DNA of 64,000 nucleotides from Patescibacteria group bacterium (GTDB taxonomy: Bacteria; Patescibacteriota; Patescibacteriia; Patescibacteriales; UBA12465): the NCBI GenBank assembly GCA_038323715.1, contig JBBQHF010000001.1:45549-109548 (forward strand). Reading direction: 5' to 3'. This document shows, piece after piece, positions 56,794 to 64,000 of the stretch. Positions within the stretch are counted from its first letter, which is position 1. Every line of letters starts with the position of its first letter. A program made the position numbers and the translations under genes. The notes under the pieces are model-generated. The model was not told where the DNA came from. It worked only from the letters and a program-made list of their open reading frames with translations, and did not search any database.

Positions 56794-56973
56794 TTAAATT
56801 AAAAATTGAAGACCTAAATTAAATATAAAGTCTAAGGCACCTAAAAAAGCGGCGACCGCTAGACTAATGCCGATAACGAGAATTGTATAATTGTAGGTTT
56901 CTTTCTTGGTCGGCCAGGTTACTTTTTTCATTTCAGAGATAGACTCCTTAATGTAGTTGATTAATTTGTTCAT
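56794..56973 (-). CDS. secE: Preprotein translocase subunit SecE (59 aa, absent from the ORF track)
   Basis: Minus-strand translation MNKLINYIKESISEMKKVTWPTKKETYNYTILVIGISLAVAAFLGALDFIFNLGLQFLI: amphipathic N-terminus, the conserved KKVTWP motif, and a single C-terminal TM. Sits in the canonical position immediately upstream of nusG. Confidence 0.7.
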   Translation of the reverse strand: MNKLINYIKESISEMKKVTWPTKKETYNYTILVIGISLAVAAFLGALDFIFNLGLQFLI

Positions 56974-57030
56974 ATAAGCTAAAAATGGGTAATTAAAAAT
57001 AGCCTTTTGGCCACTTTTTTATCTACTAAA

Positions 57031-57059
57031 ATAATACAAAATAGTGAGGAGCTTGTCAA
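57031..57059 (-). promoter_or_regulatory. Promoter of the secE-nusG-rplK-rplA operon (TTGACA-17-TATTAT)
   Basis: Reverse complement reads TTGACA-agctcctcactattttg-TATTAT. About 55 nt upstream of secE. Confidence 0.5.
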
Positions 57060-57125
57060 GAGCCTCCTGCTTCTAAAAACAGCTGTTTATTGATACGATG
57101 AAAATATCAATTTCTGTCAAATAAA

Positions 57126-57170
57126 AAACCGGTCCTATTAATCAATAAATGATTACATTGGAACCGGTTT
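57126..57170 (-). terminator. Possible terminator after the 57179-57643 minus-strand gene
   Basis: aaccggt ... accggtt 7-bp stem with a long (about 27-nt) loop and T-runs on both strands. A weak call. Confidence 0.3.
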
Positions 57171-57178
57171 CTATTTTT

Positions 57179-57643
57179 TCATGCCATTTGTTTGGCTTTT
57201 TCAAATGATTTCAGGATGTCTTTTATTTCTTCTAGATTACTTTCTATTATTGATATTTCTTCCTCTTTTTCGGAAATTTTATCTTTATAATAATCTATGT
57301 AATCATAAGCTTTCATCCTCTTTGTTTTAAGCTCGTCTCTGGTTGTTGTAATGAGCCCGGGGAAACAGGAATTAATTTCTGTTTGGCTAACCTTAACCCT
57401 TACTTTAGGCAATGGTTTAATGATCAAGGCGACAAGCAGAAACATTCCCGATACGGACGATATAAATTTGACCTCCTCGTCCTCAAGCCCCAATTTTGGT
57501 AGTGAGTGATAAAGAAAGATTGAAAACATTATAATTAGGGCAACTAGAACAATACTAATCGCAATGTTTATTGGTTGCCTTTTCCTGTTTTCTAAAAGTT
57601 CACGAGCCCTAATCTCCAGAGTTTTAAAAGTTACTTTTTCCAT
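57179..57643 (-). CDS. Hypothetical small membrane protein with a C-terminal coiled coil
   Basis: Two predicted TM helices (residues about 25-45 and 65-80) and a Glu/Lys-rich helical C-terminus. No family recognised. Confidence 0.45.
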   Translation of the reverse strand: MEKVTFKTLEIRARELLENRKRQPINIAISIVLVALIIMFSIFLYHSLPKLGLEDEEVKFISSVSGMFLLVALIIKPLPKVRVKVSQTEINSCFPGLITTTRDELKTKRMKAYDYIDYYKDKISEKEEEISIIESNLEEIKDILKSFEKAKQMA

Positions 57644-57865
57644 GATTTCAAATTTTATTGTTTATACTATGAGAAATTTTCAATGAACATAATCATTTTA
57701 TGCTAGTATTATTCTTTATTTTTGTCAATATTACCCCGCTTTGAGTCTTTTTTCGGGCTATTTAATAGTCTGCTTGATTTATTGCCTTTTAAGGCTAAAC
57801 AATATACAATAATAAAGTAAAGTAGGGCCATACCCATGGTTTTGTTATAAGCTAAATATTTCAAT

Positions 57866-59593
57866 ATGGTTAGTCCAAATTTAATTAGGCGCCAATCTGC
57901 GGAGGAGCCAGTAGAGATAAACAGTAATACTAAAAAACTCTTTCAGATTATTTATAGCGAAGGGGAAAAGAAAGAGGAGCAAGATAGTAATACCTCGGTT
58001 ATAAGGGTTTCGGCCCTTATTTCGCGTTTAGCATTTTTTTATGAAAAAGTAAGAAATGCGGTTGATTATGATGAAGACCATCTTTTGCGTAAAAATGCTA
58101 TTTCTAGAATATTACGCCGTCAAGTTGTAATTGAAGGAGTTATTAAAGATGTGGATAGTGAAAGGCTCTCTAATCATTTATTGGTTGAGCTTATTCGTGG
58201 TGGTTATTTGCCTAATAATAAAATTCCAGAAACTAAAATTCAAGAAGTCGCCGTGCTGCTGGAAAAATATATTCGTTTAAAAAATCAGGTAATTTTAAAA
58301 ATACATTCCTCGTTGGGTCTAAAGTCTGATATTTCTGAAACCAAAAATTTTTTAAATGAAAAAAATAATATTATTCGTTGGTTGTTAGATTTGGCCGCCT
58401 GTGAGATTGAAGACAACTTAGCGCCTAACAGGATTAAACAAGTTATTGTTAATAACATGTTTGACGTTCTTTCTGGCGATATTGCTTTGCCTAAAGAATT
58501 ACCTTATGAAAATGATTTAGAAATTCAAATCTATTTAAGCATTGGGCGTAAATTTTTAAAATTAGACGAGCAGATGTTAAGCTTTGTCTTATTTAAATAT
58601 TATAATGATGAGTGGCTCGAGATTGGCAAAAATTCTAATTTATCTAGTGAGGACGATGTTAAGCTTGGAGAAATTGCTGATAATATTAGAAATTTAAGAA
58701 ATACAATTAGCCAGCAACTAGTCCACCCTTTGAGTAAGCAATTAGATAAGGTTGTCCGACGTTATTCTTTATACTTTAACGTTTTAGCTGAAACAATAGA
58801 AGAAGACCCAAGCAAGGTTTACGGGGAAATTCAGAAAGGTCCAAAGGGGTTTTTAAATTTAATTAGAAAAACTTGCGAAAAGAAATACAATAAAGCTAAA
58901 TCAAGATTATGGCGTGCGGCGCTCAGAAGTATTATTTATATATTTTTAACCAAGTCTGTGTTTGTTTTTTTAATTGAAGTTCCGGCAATAAATTGGTTTC
59001 ACGAACCGCTTAACCCTTTATCATTAGCAATTAATGTTGCTTTTCCGGCCGTACTATTGTTTTTTATAGTTCTAATGACCCAGAGGCCAAAAGAAGATAA
59101 TACGAATAGTATTATTGAAGGCATTAAAGAGGTCTCCTTTTTAGGCAAGGGGAAGACTCAACCGTTAATGATTAGACCAAATAAAAAACGTAATTTTTTG
59201 GTTAGCTCTGTTTTTAATTTAATTTATTTTGCTTCTTTTTTGTTTTCTATTTATTTAATTATTAGGCTACTAACCTTTATCGGTTTCAATTGGGTTAGCA
59301 TTATTATCTTCTTGTTCTTCTTGGCTTTTGTCAGTTTCTTTAGCATTATAGTTTCCCGTGGGGTTAAAGATTTGATGATTATTGAGCGCAAAGAAAATTT
59401 AGGCACTTTTGTGATTGACTTGTTTTATATGCCTATTATTTTAGTTGGGCGCTGGCTATCAAATAATATGTCTAGAGTAAATATTTTTATTTTTATTTTT
59501 GATTTCATTATTGAGGCTCCTTTTAAAATTTTAGTTGAGGTGGCCGAAGATTGGACAAAATATGTCCGTGAAAGAAGGGATAATATGGAATAA
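57866..59593 (+). CDS. Hypothetical large membrane protein (about 340-aa cytoplasmic domain plus a C-terminal 4-TM domain)
   Basis: ORF of 575 aa. A hydrophilic N-terminal domain and a hydrophobic C-terminal third (IYIFLTKSVFVFLIEV..., LIYFASFLFSIYLIIRLL..., IIIFLFFLAFVSFFSII...). Confidence 0.5.
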   Translation: MVSPNLIRRQSAEEPVEINSNTKKLFQIIYSEGEKKEEQDSNTSVIRVSALISRLAFFYEKVRNAVDYDEDHLLRKNAISRILRRQVVIEGVIKDVDSERLSNHLLVELIRGGYLPNNKIPETKIQEVAVLLEKYIRLKNQVILKIHSSLGLKSDISETKNFLNEKNNIIRWLLDLAACEIEDNLAPNRIKQVIVNNMFDVLSGDIALPKELPYENDLEIQIYLSIGRKFLKLDEQMLSFVLFKYYNDEWLEIGKNSNLSSEDDVKLGEIADNIRNLRNTISQQLVHPLSKQLDKVVRRYSLYFNVLAETIEEDPSKVYGEIQKGPKGFLNLIRKTCEKKYNKAKSRLWRAALRSIIYIFLTKSVFVFLIEVPAINWFHEPLNPLSLAINVAFPAVLLFFIVLMTQRPKEDNTNSIIEGIKEVSFLGKGKTQPLMIRPNKKRNFLVSSVFNLIYFASFLFSIYLIIRLLTFIGFNWVSIIIFLFFLAFVSFFSIIVSRGVKDLMIIERKENLGTFVIDLFYMPIILVGRWLSNNMSRVNIFIFIFDFIIEAPFKILVEVAEDWTKYVRERRDNME

Positions 59594-59595
59594 CT

Positions 59596-60285
59596 ATGGG
59601 ATTCTTAAAAGTTGTTGGAACGCCAATAGGCAATTTAGAAGATATAAGTTTAAGGGCTCTGAGAACTTTCAAGGAGGCAGATTTTGTTTTGTGTGAAGAC
59701 ACTAGGGTTACCAGAAAGTTGCTTGATCACTATGAAATAAAAACACCTACTATTTCCTACCATCAACACTCGGGTGATTTAAAGGTTGATAAAATAATTT
59801 CTCTTTTAAGGGACGGAAAGGATTTGGCGCTAGTAACTGATGCCGGCACTCCGGGGATTTCTGACCCAGGCGGGAAGCTAGTATCTATCGTGAGAAAAGA
59901 ATTTTCGGATGAGAGCGTTATCATAGAAAGTATTCCCGGGCCCGCCGCTTTAACAACCGCTGTTTCTATCGCGGGGGCGGGTTTTGATAGATTTTTATTT
60001 TTAGGATTTTTACCACATAAAAAAGGGAGACAAACAATGTTAAAAGAAATAATGGCTAGCAAATATCCGGTTATTGTATATGAATCAAAACATCGCGCCG
60101 TAAAATTAATTGAAGAAATCATTGAATTGGAAAAAAGTTTAAAAATAAAAAAAGAATTAATTGTCGCCAGAGAATTAACGAAAATGTTTGAAAGTATGTA
60201 TTTCGGAGAAGCGCAGGGAATTCTGGAAAAATTAAATTCAGATAACAATAATTTAAAAGGAGAGTTTGTTGTTTTAATAAAATAG
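59596..60285 (+). CDS. rsmI: 16S rRNA (cytidine1402-2'-O)-methyltransferase RsmI
   Basis: LKVVGTPIGNLEDISLRALRTFKEADFVLCEDTR, characteristic of the RsmI tetrapyrrole-methylase fold. Confidence 0.8.
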   Translation: MGFLKVVGTPIGNLEDISLRALRTFKEADFVLCEDTRVTRKLLDHYEIKTPTISYHQHSGDLKVDKIISLLRDGKDLALVTDAGTPGISDPGGKLVSIVRKEFSDESVIIESIPGPAALTTAVSIAGAGFDRFLFLGFLPHKKGRQTMLKEIMASKYPVIVYESKHRAVKLIEEIIELEKSLKIKKELIVARELTKMFESMYFGEAQGILEKLNSDNNNLKGEFVVLIK

Positions 60286-60297
60286 AAAAAGAGAAAT

Positions 60298-61740
60298 ATG
60301 GAGAATAAAAACTTTTATTTAACTACCACCTTGCCATACATAAATTCCGAGCCGCACATTGGTTTTGCGGCCGAAATAATTAAGGCGGATGTCATTGCTA
60401 GGTATAATAGACAATTAGGCAATAATGTTTTTTTTAACACGGGGACGGATGAGCATGGTTTAAAAATTTACACGAAAGCCAAGTCTCTAAATTTGGATGT
60501 TCAAGAATATTGTGATATCTATTCGGCCAAGTTTAGCCCTTTAAAGGAGGCGCTTAATTTGAGTTATGATAAATTTATTAGAACGACCGAAAAACACCAT
60601 CTGATGGCCGCCCAGGAGTTTTGGCGTCGTTGTGAGGCGAGCGGAGATATTTATAAGAAAAATTATCAAGTTAAATATTGCGTTGGTTGTGAAATGGAAA
60701 AAACTGATTCCGATTTGGAAAATGGACGTTGTCCATTCCATCCTAAGATGGACTTAGAAATAATTGACGAAGAAAATTATTTTTTTCGTTTTTCTAAATA
60801 TCAAGATAAACTATTGGATTTGTATAAAGCTAATTCTAAATTTGTTTTGCCCGCTGGAAGGCTAAAAGAAATAAGCACTTTTGTTGCTTCCGGTTTACAA
60901 GATTTTAGTATTTCGCGTCAAAAAGAAAAAATGCCCCATGGGGTTCCTGTTCCGGGAGATGAAAGCCAGGTGATGTATGTTTGGTTTGATGCTTTAGTTA
61001 ATTATATTTCTACGCTTGGTTGGCCAGAGAATGAAATCAATTTTAAAGATTTTTGGCCTGGTTTACAAGTATGCGGCAAAGATAACTTACGCCCTCAAGC
61101 GGCGATGTGGCAAGCGATGCTGATGTCGGCCGGTTTGCCAAATTCTAATCAGGTTTTAGTCTTTGGATTTTTAACAGTGAACGGAGAAAAAATAAGTAAA
61201 AGTTCAGGCAATTCCGTTGATCCCTTTGAATTATCAGAAAAATATGGCAGTGATGCAGTCAGATATTACCTTTTGGCTGAGATGTCTCCTTTTGAAGACG
61301 GAGATTATTCAGAGGATAAATTCCGTTTGAGATATAACGCTGATTTAGCAAATGGTTTAGGTAATTTAGCGGCGAGAGTTTCTAATTTGTTAGAAAAAAA
61401 CGAAATTGTGACTGATTTATCGGTCAACCTTGAGGTTGATAATATTAAAAAAGAGGTGGTTGCTTTTCGCGAAATAATGGCAGAATATAAATTTAATGAA
61501 GCTTTGCAAATCATTTGGGAAAAAATAAAAGAGATTGATGAAATACTTAGTCGTGAAGCTCCTTGGAAAATGACCGACAAAGCACAAATAGCCAAAATTT
61601 TAGAGCCTTTAGCTCAAAATATATTAAACCTAGCTTATTTACTTGAGCCCTTTATTCCTCTGTCTGCTCAAAAAATTGAAACCCAATTTTTAGCCAGTCA
61701 GGTTAAAAAAGGATCAATCTTATTCCCTAGGCTAACTTAA
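60298..61740 (+). CDS. metG: Methionyl-tRNA synthetase (core form without the C-terminal tRNA-binding domain)
   Basis: LPYINSEPHIGF (HIGH region), KISKSSGN (KMSKS), and a CVGCEMEK...CPFH zinc knuckle. Confidence 0.85.
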   Translation: MENKNFYLTTTLPYINSEPHIGFAAEIIKADVIARYNRQLGNNVFFNTGTDEHGLKIYTKAKSLNLDVQEYCDIYSAKFSPLKEALNLSYDKFIRTTEKHHLMAAQEFWRRCEASGDIYKKNYQVKYCVGCEMEKTDSDLENGRCPFHPKMDLEIIDEENYFFRFSKYQDKLLDLYKANSKFVLPAGRLKEISTFVASGLQDFSISRQKEKMPHGVPVPGDESQVMYVWFDALVNYISTLGWPENEINFKDFWPGLQVCGKDNLRPQAAMWQAMLMSAGLPNSNQVLVFGFLTVNGEKISKSSGNSVDPFELSEKYGSDAVRYYLLAEMSPFEDGDYSEDKFRLRYNADLANGLGNLAARVSNLLEKNEIVTDLSVNLEVDNIKKEVVAFREIMAEYKFNEALQIIWEKIKEIDEILSREAPWKMTDKAQIAKILEPLAQNILNLAYLLEPFIPLSAQKIETQFLASQVKKGSILFPRLT

Positions 61741-61745
61741 AAAAT

Positions 61746-62267
61746 ATGTCAATTTTTGACTTAGTTTTAGCAATCATCTTAGTTATTACTACTTTTGGAG
61801 GCTTGAGAAAAGGTTTAATCCGTTCTCTGGGCCATATTGTCGGCTTAATAATCGGTGCTTATGTCGCCAGTCATTTTTATAAGATTTTTCTGGAGTGGGG
61901 AAGTTCTTGGACTTGGGTAGCGGAACATCAGGCCGTGAGTAATATTTTAGCTTTTATAATTTTATTTATAGTGGCTACGCAGGCGATTAATTTAATTTTC
62001 TTTCTAATTGAAAAATTATTTAATCTACTAGCTTTTATACCGGGTAGTAAATATATTAATAATATTTTGGGCGCCGTCTTAGGATTATTAGAAGGCGCTT
62101 TGTTTCTTGGTTTGATTATTTTTGTTGCCTCGCGTTACGCTATTATCGGTAATTTTTTTGGCAATAATATCGCTAATTCTCTTATCGCCCCCTGGCTTTT
62201 AAAGGTGGTAAATATTGTTTTGCCGATTCTCCCTGAAGCGCTTAAAGGCCTAACGTCTATTATCTAA
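61746..62267 (+). CDS. cvpA: CvpA-family (colicin V production) membrane protein
   Basis: MSIFDLVLAIILVITTFGGLRKGLIRSLGHIVGLIIGAYVA is typical of the CvpA N-terminus. Four TM helices. Confidence 0.65.
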   Translation: MSIFDLVLAIILVITTFGGLRKGLIRSLGHIVGLIIGAYVASHFYKIFLEWGSSWTWVAEHQAVSNILAFIILFIVATQAINLIFFLIEKLFNLLAFIPGSKYINNILGAVLGLLEGALFLGLIIFVASRYAIIGNFFGNNIANSLIAPWLLKVVNIVLPILPEALKGLTSII

Positions 62268-62274
62268 AATATCA

Positions 62275-62877
62275 ATGATTTACTTACATAAAAAAATATC
62301 GGATTTTAAATCTTCCGATTTTGGTTTGATTTCGGTTTACCTACATGCTGGGAAAGTAGTCGTTTTACCGACTGATACTATTTATGGTTTGAGTTGTTTA
62401 GCGCTGGACAAAGAGGCGGTAAAAAATATTTTTCGTTTAAAGAAACGGGACACAAACAAACCGATGATTACTCTGATTTCTAGCCTGGCGATGGCCAAGC
62501 GCTATGCTTATATTGAAAAGGCCCAAGAAAAAACTTTAAATAATTTGTGGTTTTTAAATCCCAGACCGACTACGGTAATTTTAAAGGCAAAAAATAATTT
62601 ACCTAAAGAATTAGTAAGTAAAACGGGAGGAGTTTCTTTGCGTTTGCCTAAATCGGATTTTTTAATTAAAATAATAAAGAAAGTGAAGGCGCCAATTATC
62701 TCCACAAGTTTGAACTTGAGTGGCGCAAGTCCTGTGAATAATGTTAACGACTTGAATCTAATCTTTCCCGGAAAAAATAAACCAGATTTAATTATTAATA
62801 TTGGAAAAGCAAAAAGAAAAATCCCCTCACGTTTAGTCGACTTAAGGGATGGTGATTTAAAAATTATTAGAAAATAA
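62275..62877 (+). CDS. tsaC: L-threonylcarbamoyladenylate synthase (YrdC/TsaC domain)
   Basis: GKVVVLPTDTIYGLSCLA and PMITLISS...ISTSLNLSG motifs of the YrdC fold. Confidence 0.8.
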   Translation: MIYLHKKISDFKSSDFGLISVYLHAGKVVVLPTDTIYGLSCLALDKEAVKNIFRLKKRDTNKPMITLISSLAMAKRYAYIEKAQEKTLNNLWFLNPRPTTVILKAKNNLPKELVSKTGGVSLRLPKSDFLIKIIKKVKAPIISTSLNLSGASPVNNVNDLNLIFPGKNKPDLIINIGKAKRKIPSRLVDLRDGDLKIIRK

Positions 62878-62878
62878 T

Positions 62879-64000
62879 ATGATAAGAAGTAAATATAAGA
62901 AAGGCGCTGTTATTACTGCCGCAATTTTAATGATTGGTGGCATATTTTCTCTGGGCTTCTATTTTGGTAATTCGGGATTAAGTAATAATCAAAAAAAGAT
63001 AATTGCTTATTCTCAAGAGGCTAAAAATGCCACCGTTGATGGAACCGATGATTCTTTTGATTTTAATTTGTATTTTGAAGTATGGGACAGTTTAAAAACA
63101 AATTATGTTGATAAGAATAAATTAAAGGATAAAGATCTTTTTTATGGTTCTTTGGAGGGAATGGCGGCGGCGACAAAGGACCCATATACAGTCTTTATGA
63201 GCCCAACGCTCACAAAAGAATTTTATGATGATTTGTCTGGAACTTTTGAAGGGATAGGCGCGGAAATAGGAATGCGAGATGAAATGGTTACCGTAATTGC
63301 CCCGCTTGATGGTATGCCTGCTCAAAAGGCTGGTTTACGTTCAGGAGATAGAATATACGCTATTAATGGCGAATCGGCCTTGGGGATGACTGTTAACGGT
63401 GCAGTTAAAAAAATTAGGGGACCAAAGGGAACCGAGGTAGTTTTGACTGTTATTAGAGGAGAGGCAAAGCCAATGGACATTAAAATTGTCAGAGATAAAA
63501 TTTTTGTTGCCAGTGTTAAAACGGAAATGCGTTCCGATGGTCTTTATGTTATCAAAGTGAGCAGTTTTAATGAAGACACCACCCAACTATTTAATAAAGC
63601 GGTTGAAGATATCTTAGTCAAAAAACCAAAGGGAATTATTTTGGACTTAAGAAATAACCCGGGCGGTTATTTGGATGCGGCCGTTGAATTAGCTAGTGAG
63701 TGGGTGGAGGCTGGGCCGATTGTTGCCGAACAGTTTGGCGAAAATCGTCGCTCCGAACATGCTTCTAATGGAAAGGCAAGGTTGAAAGACTTTAAAACTG
63801 TTGTTTTAATTAATGAGGGGAGCGCTTCGGCTTCCGAAATTCTAGCAGGCGCTTTAAGGGATTATAAGAAAGCCACTCTTATGGGCGCTCAAAGCTTTGG
63901 CAAAGGCTCGGTTCAAACTGTCCAAGATTTGAGTGATGGTTCATCACTTAAAGTTACGATTGCCAAATGGCTAACTCCGGCTGGAGATTTTATTAACGAT
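62879..64000 (+). CDS. ctpA: C-terminal processing (S41, tail-specific) peptidase, partial (runs off the window end)
   Basis: N-terminal TM. PDZ domain GMPAQKAGLRSGDRIYAING. S41 catalytic region ILDLRNNPGG and NEGSASASEILAGALRD. Open to the end of the window, so the ORF track did not list it. Confidence 0.8.
   Translation, partial: MIRSKYKKGAVITAAILMIGGIFSLGFYFGNSGLSNNQKKIIAYSQEAKNATVDGTDDSFDFNLYFEVWDSLKTNYVDKNKLKDKDLFYGSLEGMAAATKDPYTVFMSPTLTKEFYDDLSGTFEGIGAEIGMRDEMVTVIAPLDGMPAQKAGLRSGDRIYAINGESALGMTVNGAVKKIRGPKGTEVVLTVIRGEAKPMDIKIVRDKIFVASVKTEMRSDGLYVIKVSSFNEDTTQLFNKAVEDILVKKPKGIILDLRNNPGGYLDAAVELASEWVEAGPIVAEQFGENRRSEHASNGKARLKDFKTVVLINEGSASASEILAGALRDYKKATLMGAQSFGKGSVQTVQDLSDGSSLKVTIAKWLTPAGDFIND

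Noticed and set aside
57040-57072. Short hairpin aggag...ctcct downstream of the secE promoter region
   Set aside because: Only a 5-bp stem, and it overlaps the promoter spacer, so it is probably coincidental.
1-64000. tRNA, rRNA, CRISPR array or mobile-element (transposase/integrase) content
   Set aside because: I scanned all intergenic regions of 40 nt or more on both strands and found no GTTCRA T-loop-containing cloverleaf candidates, no rRNA-like conserved blocks, no regularly spaced direct repeats and no transposase- or integrase-like ORFs. I called none.

Overview
This 64-kb window is a low-GC (about one third GC by eye), gene-dense chromosomal segment. Most genes run on the + strand, with one minus-strand ribosomal block (secE-nusG-rplK-rplA, 54.9-57.0 kb). 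Its gene content suggests a streamlined, fermentative, Candidate Phyla Radiation / Patescibacteria-like bacterium; this is an inference, no search was run.

Housekeeping genes recognisable from their motifs:
- **Translation and RNA modification:** typA, rnhB, cysS, dus, rsmH, tgt, rlmN, rlmH, rsmI, metG, cca, tsaC and a truncated tsaB.
- **Cell division and wall:** a short dcw remnant (mraZ-rsmH-ftsL-like-ftsI-murF) that runs straight into rfbD and an rfbA-like gene.
- **Central metabolism:** lower glycolysis (gap, eno, a truncated pyk), guaB, purA and sod.
- **Fe-S assembly and ribosome:** nifS-nifU, rpsB-tsf, and the minus-strand block, which includes an unlisted 59-aa secE.
- **Hydrogen metabolism:** a NuoF-like flavoprotein, a polytopic membrane protein and an M3-type [FeFe] hydrogenase.

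I found no rRNA, tRNA, CRISPR array or mobile element. I called several near-consensus sigma70 promoters and GC-rich Rho-independent terminators.

The most unusual content:
- **35.5-38.9 kb:** an 822-aa protein that fuses two ATP-grasp ligase modules, the second being D-Ala-D-Ala-ligase-like. It is immediately followed by a FemAB/Acetyltransf_6-like protein and preceded by a SIMPL-family protein. Together they look like an uncharacterised peptide-ligation or envelope-modification system. This is my best candidate for a novel system.
- **14.1-23.5 kb:** a long envelope locus with two glycosyltransferases, a standalone sigma70-region-4 HTH protein, a DUF4012-like protein and two large surface or membrane proteins of unknown function.
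- **43.4-46.9 kb:** the hydrogenase module with a membrane protein inserted between its two subunits.
- **2.64-2.82 kb:** a roughly 147-nt promoter-to-terminator transcript ahead of a zinc-ribbon gene, which could be a riboswitch-like leader or an sRNA.
- **57.2-59.6 kb:** a divergent pair of unknown membrane proteins.
- A NifU scaffold with a histone-H1-like KKxxAKK tail.
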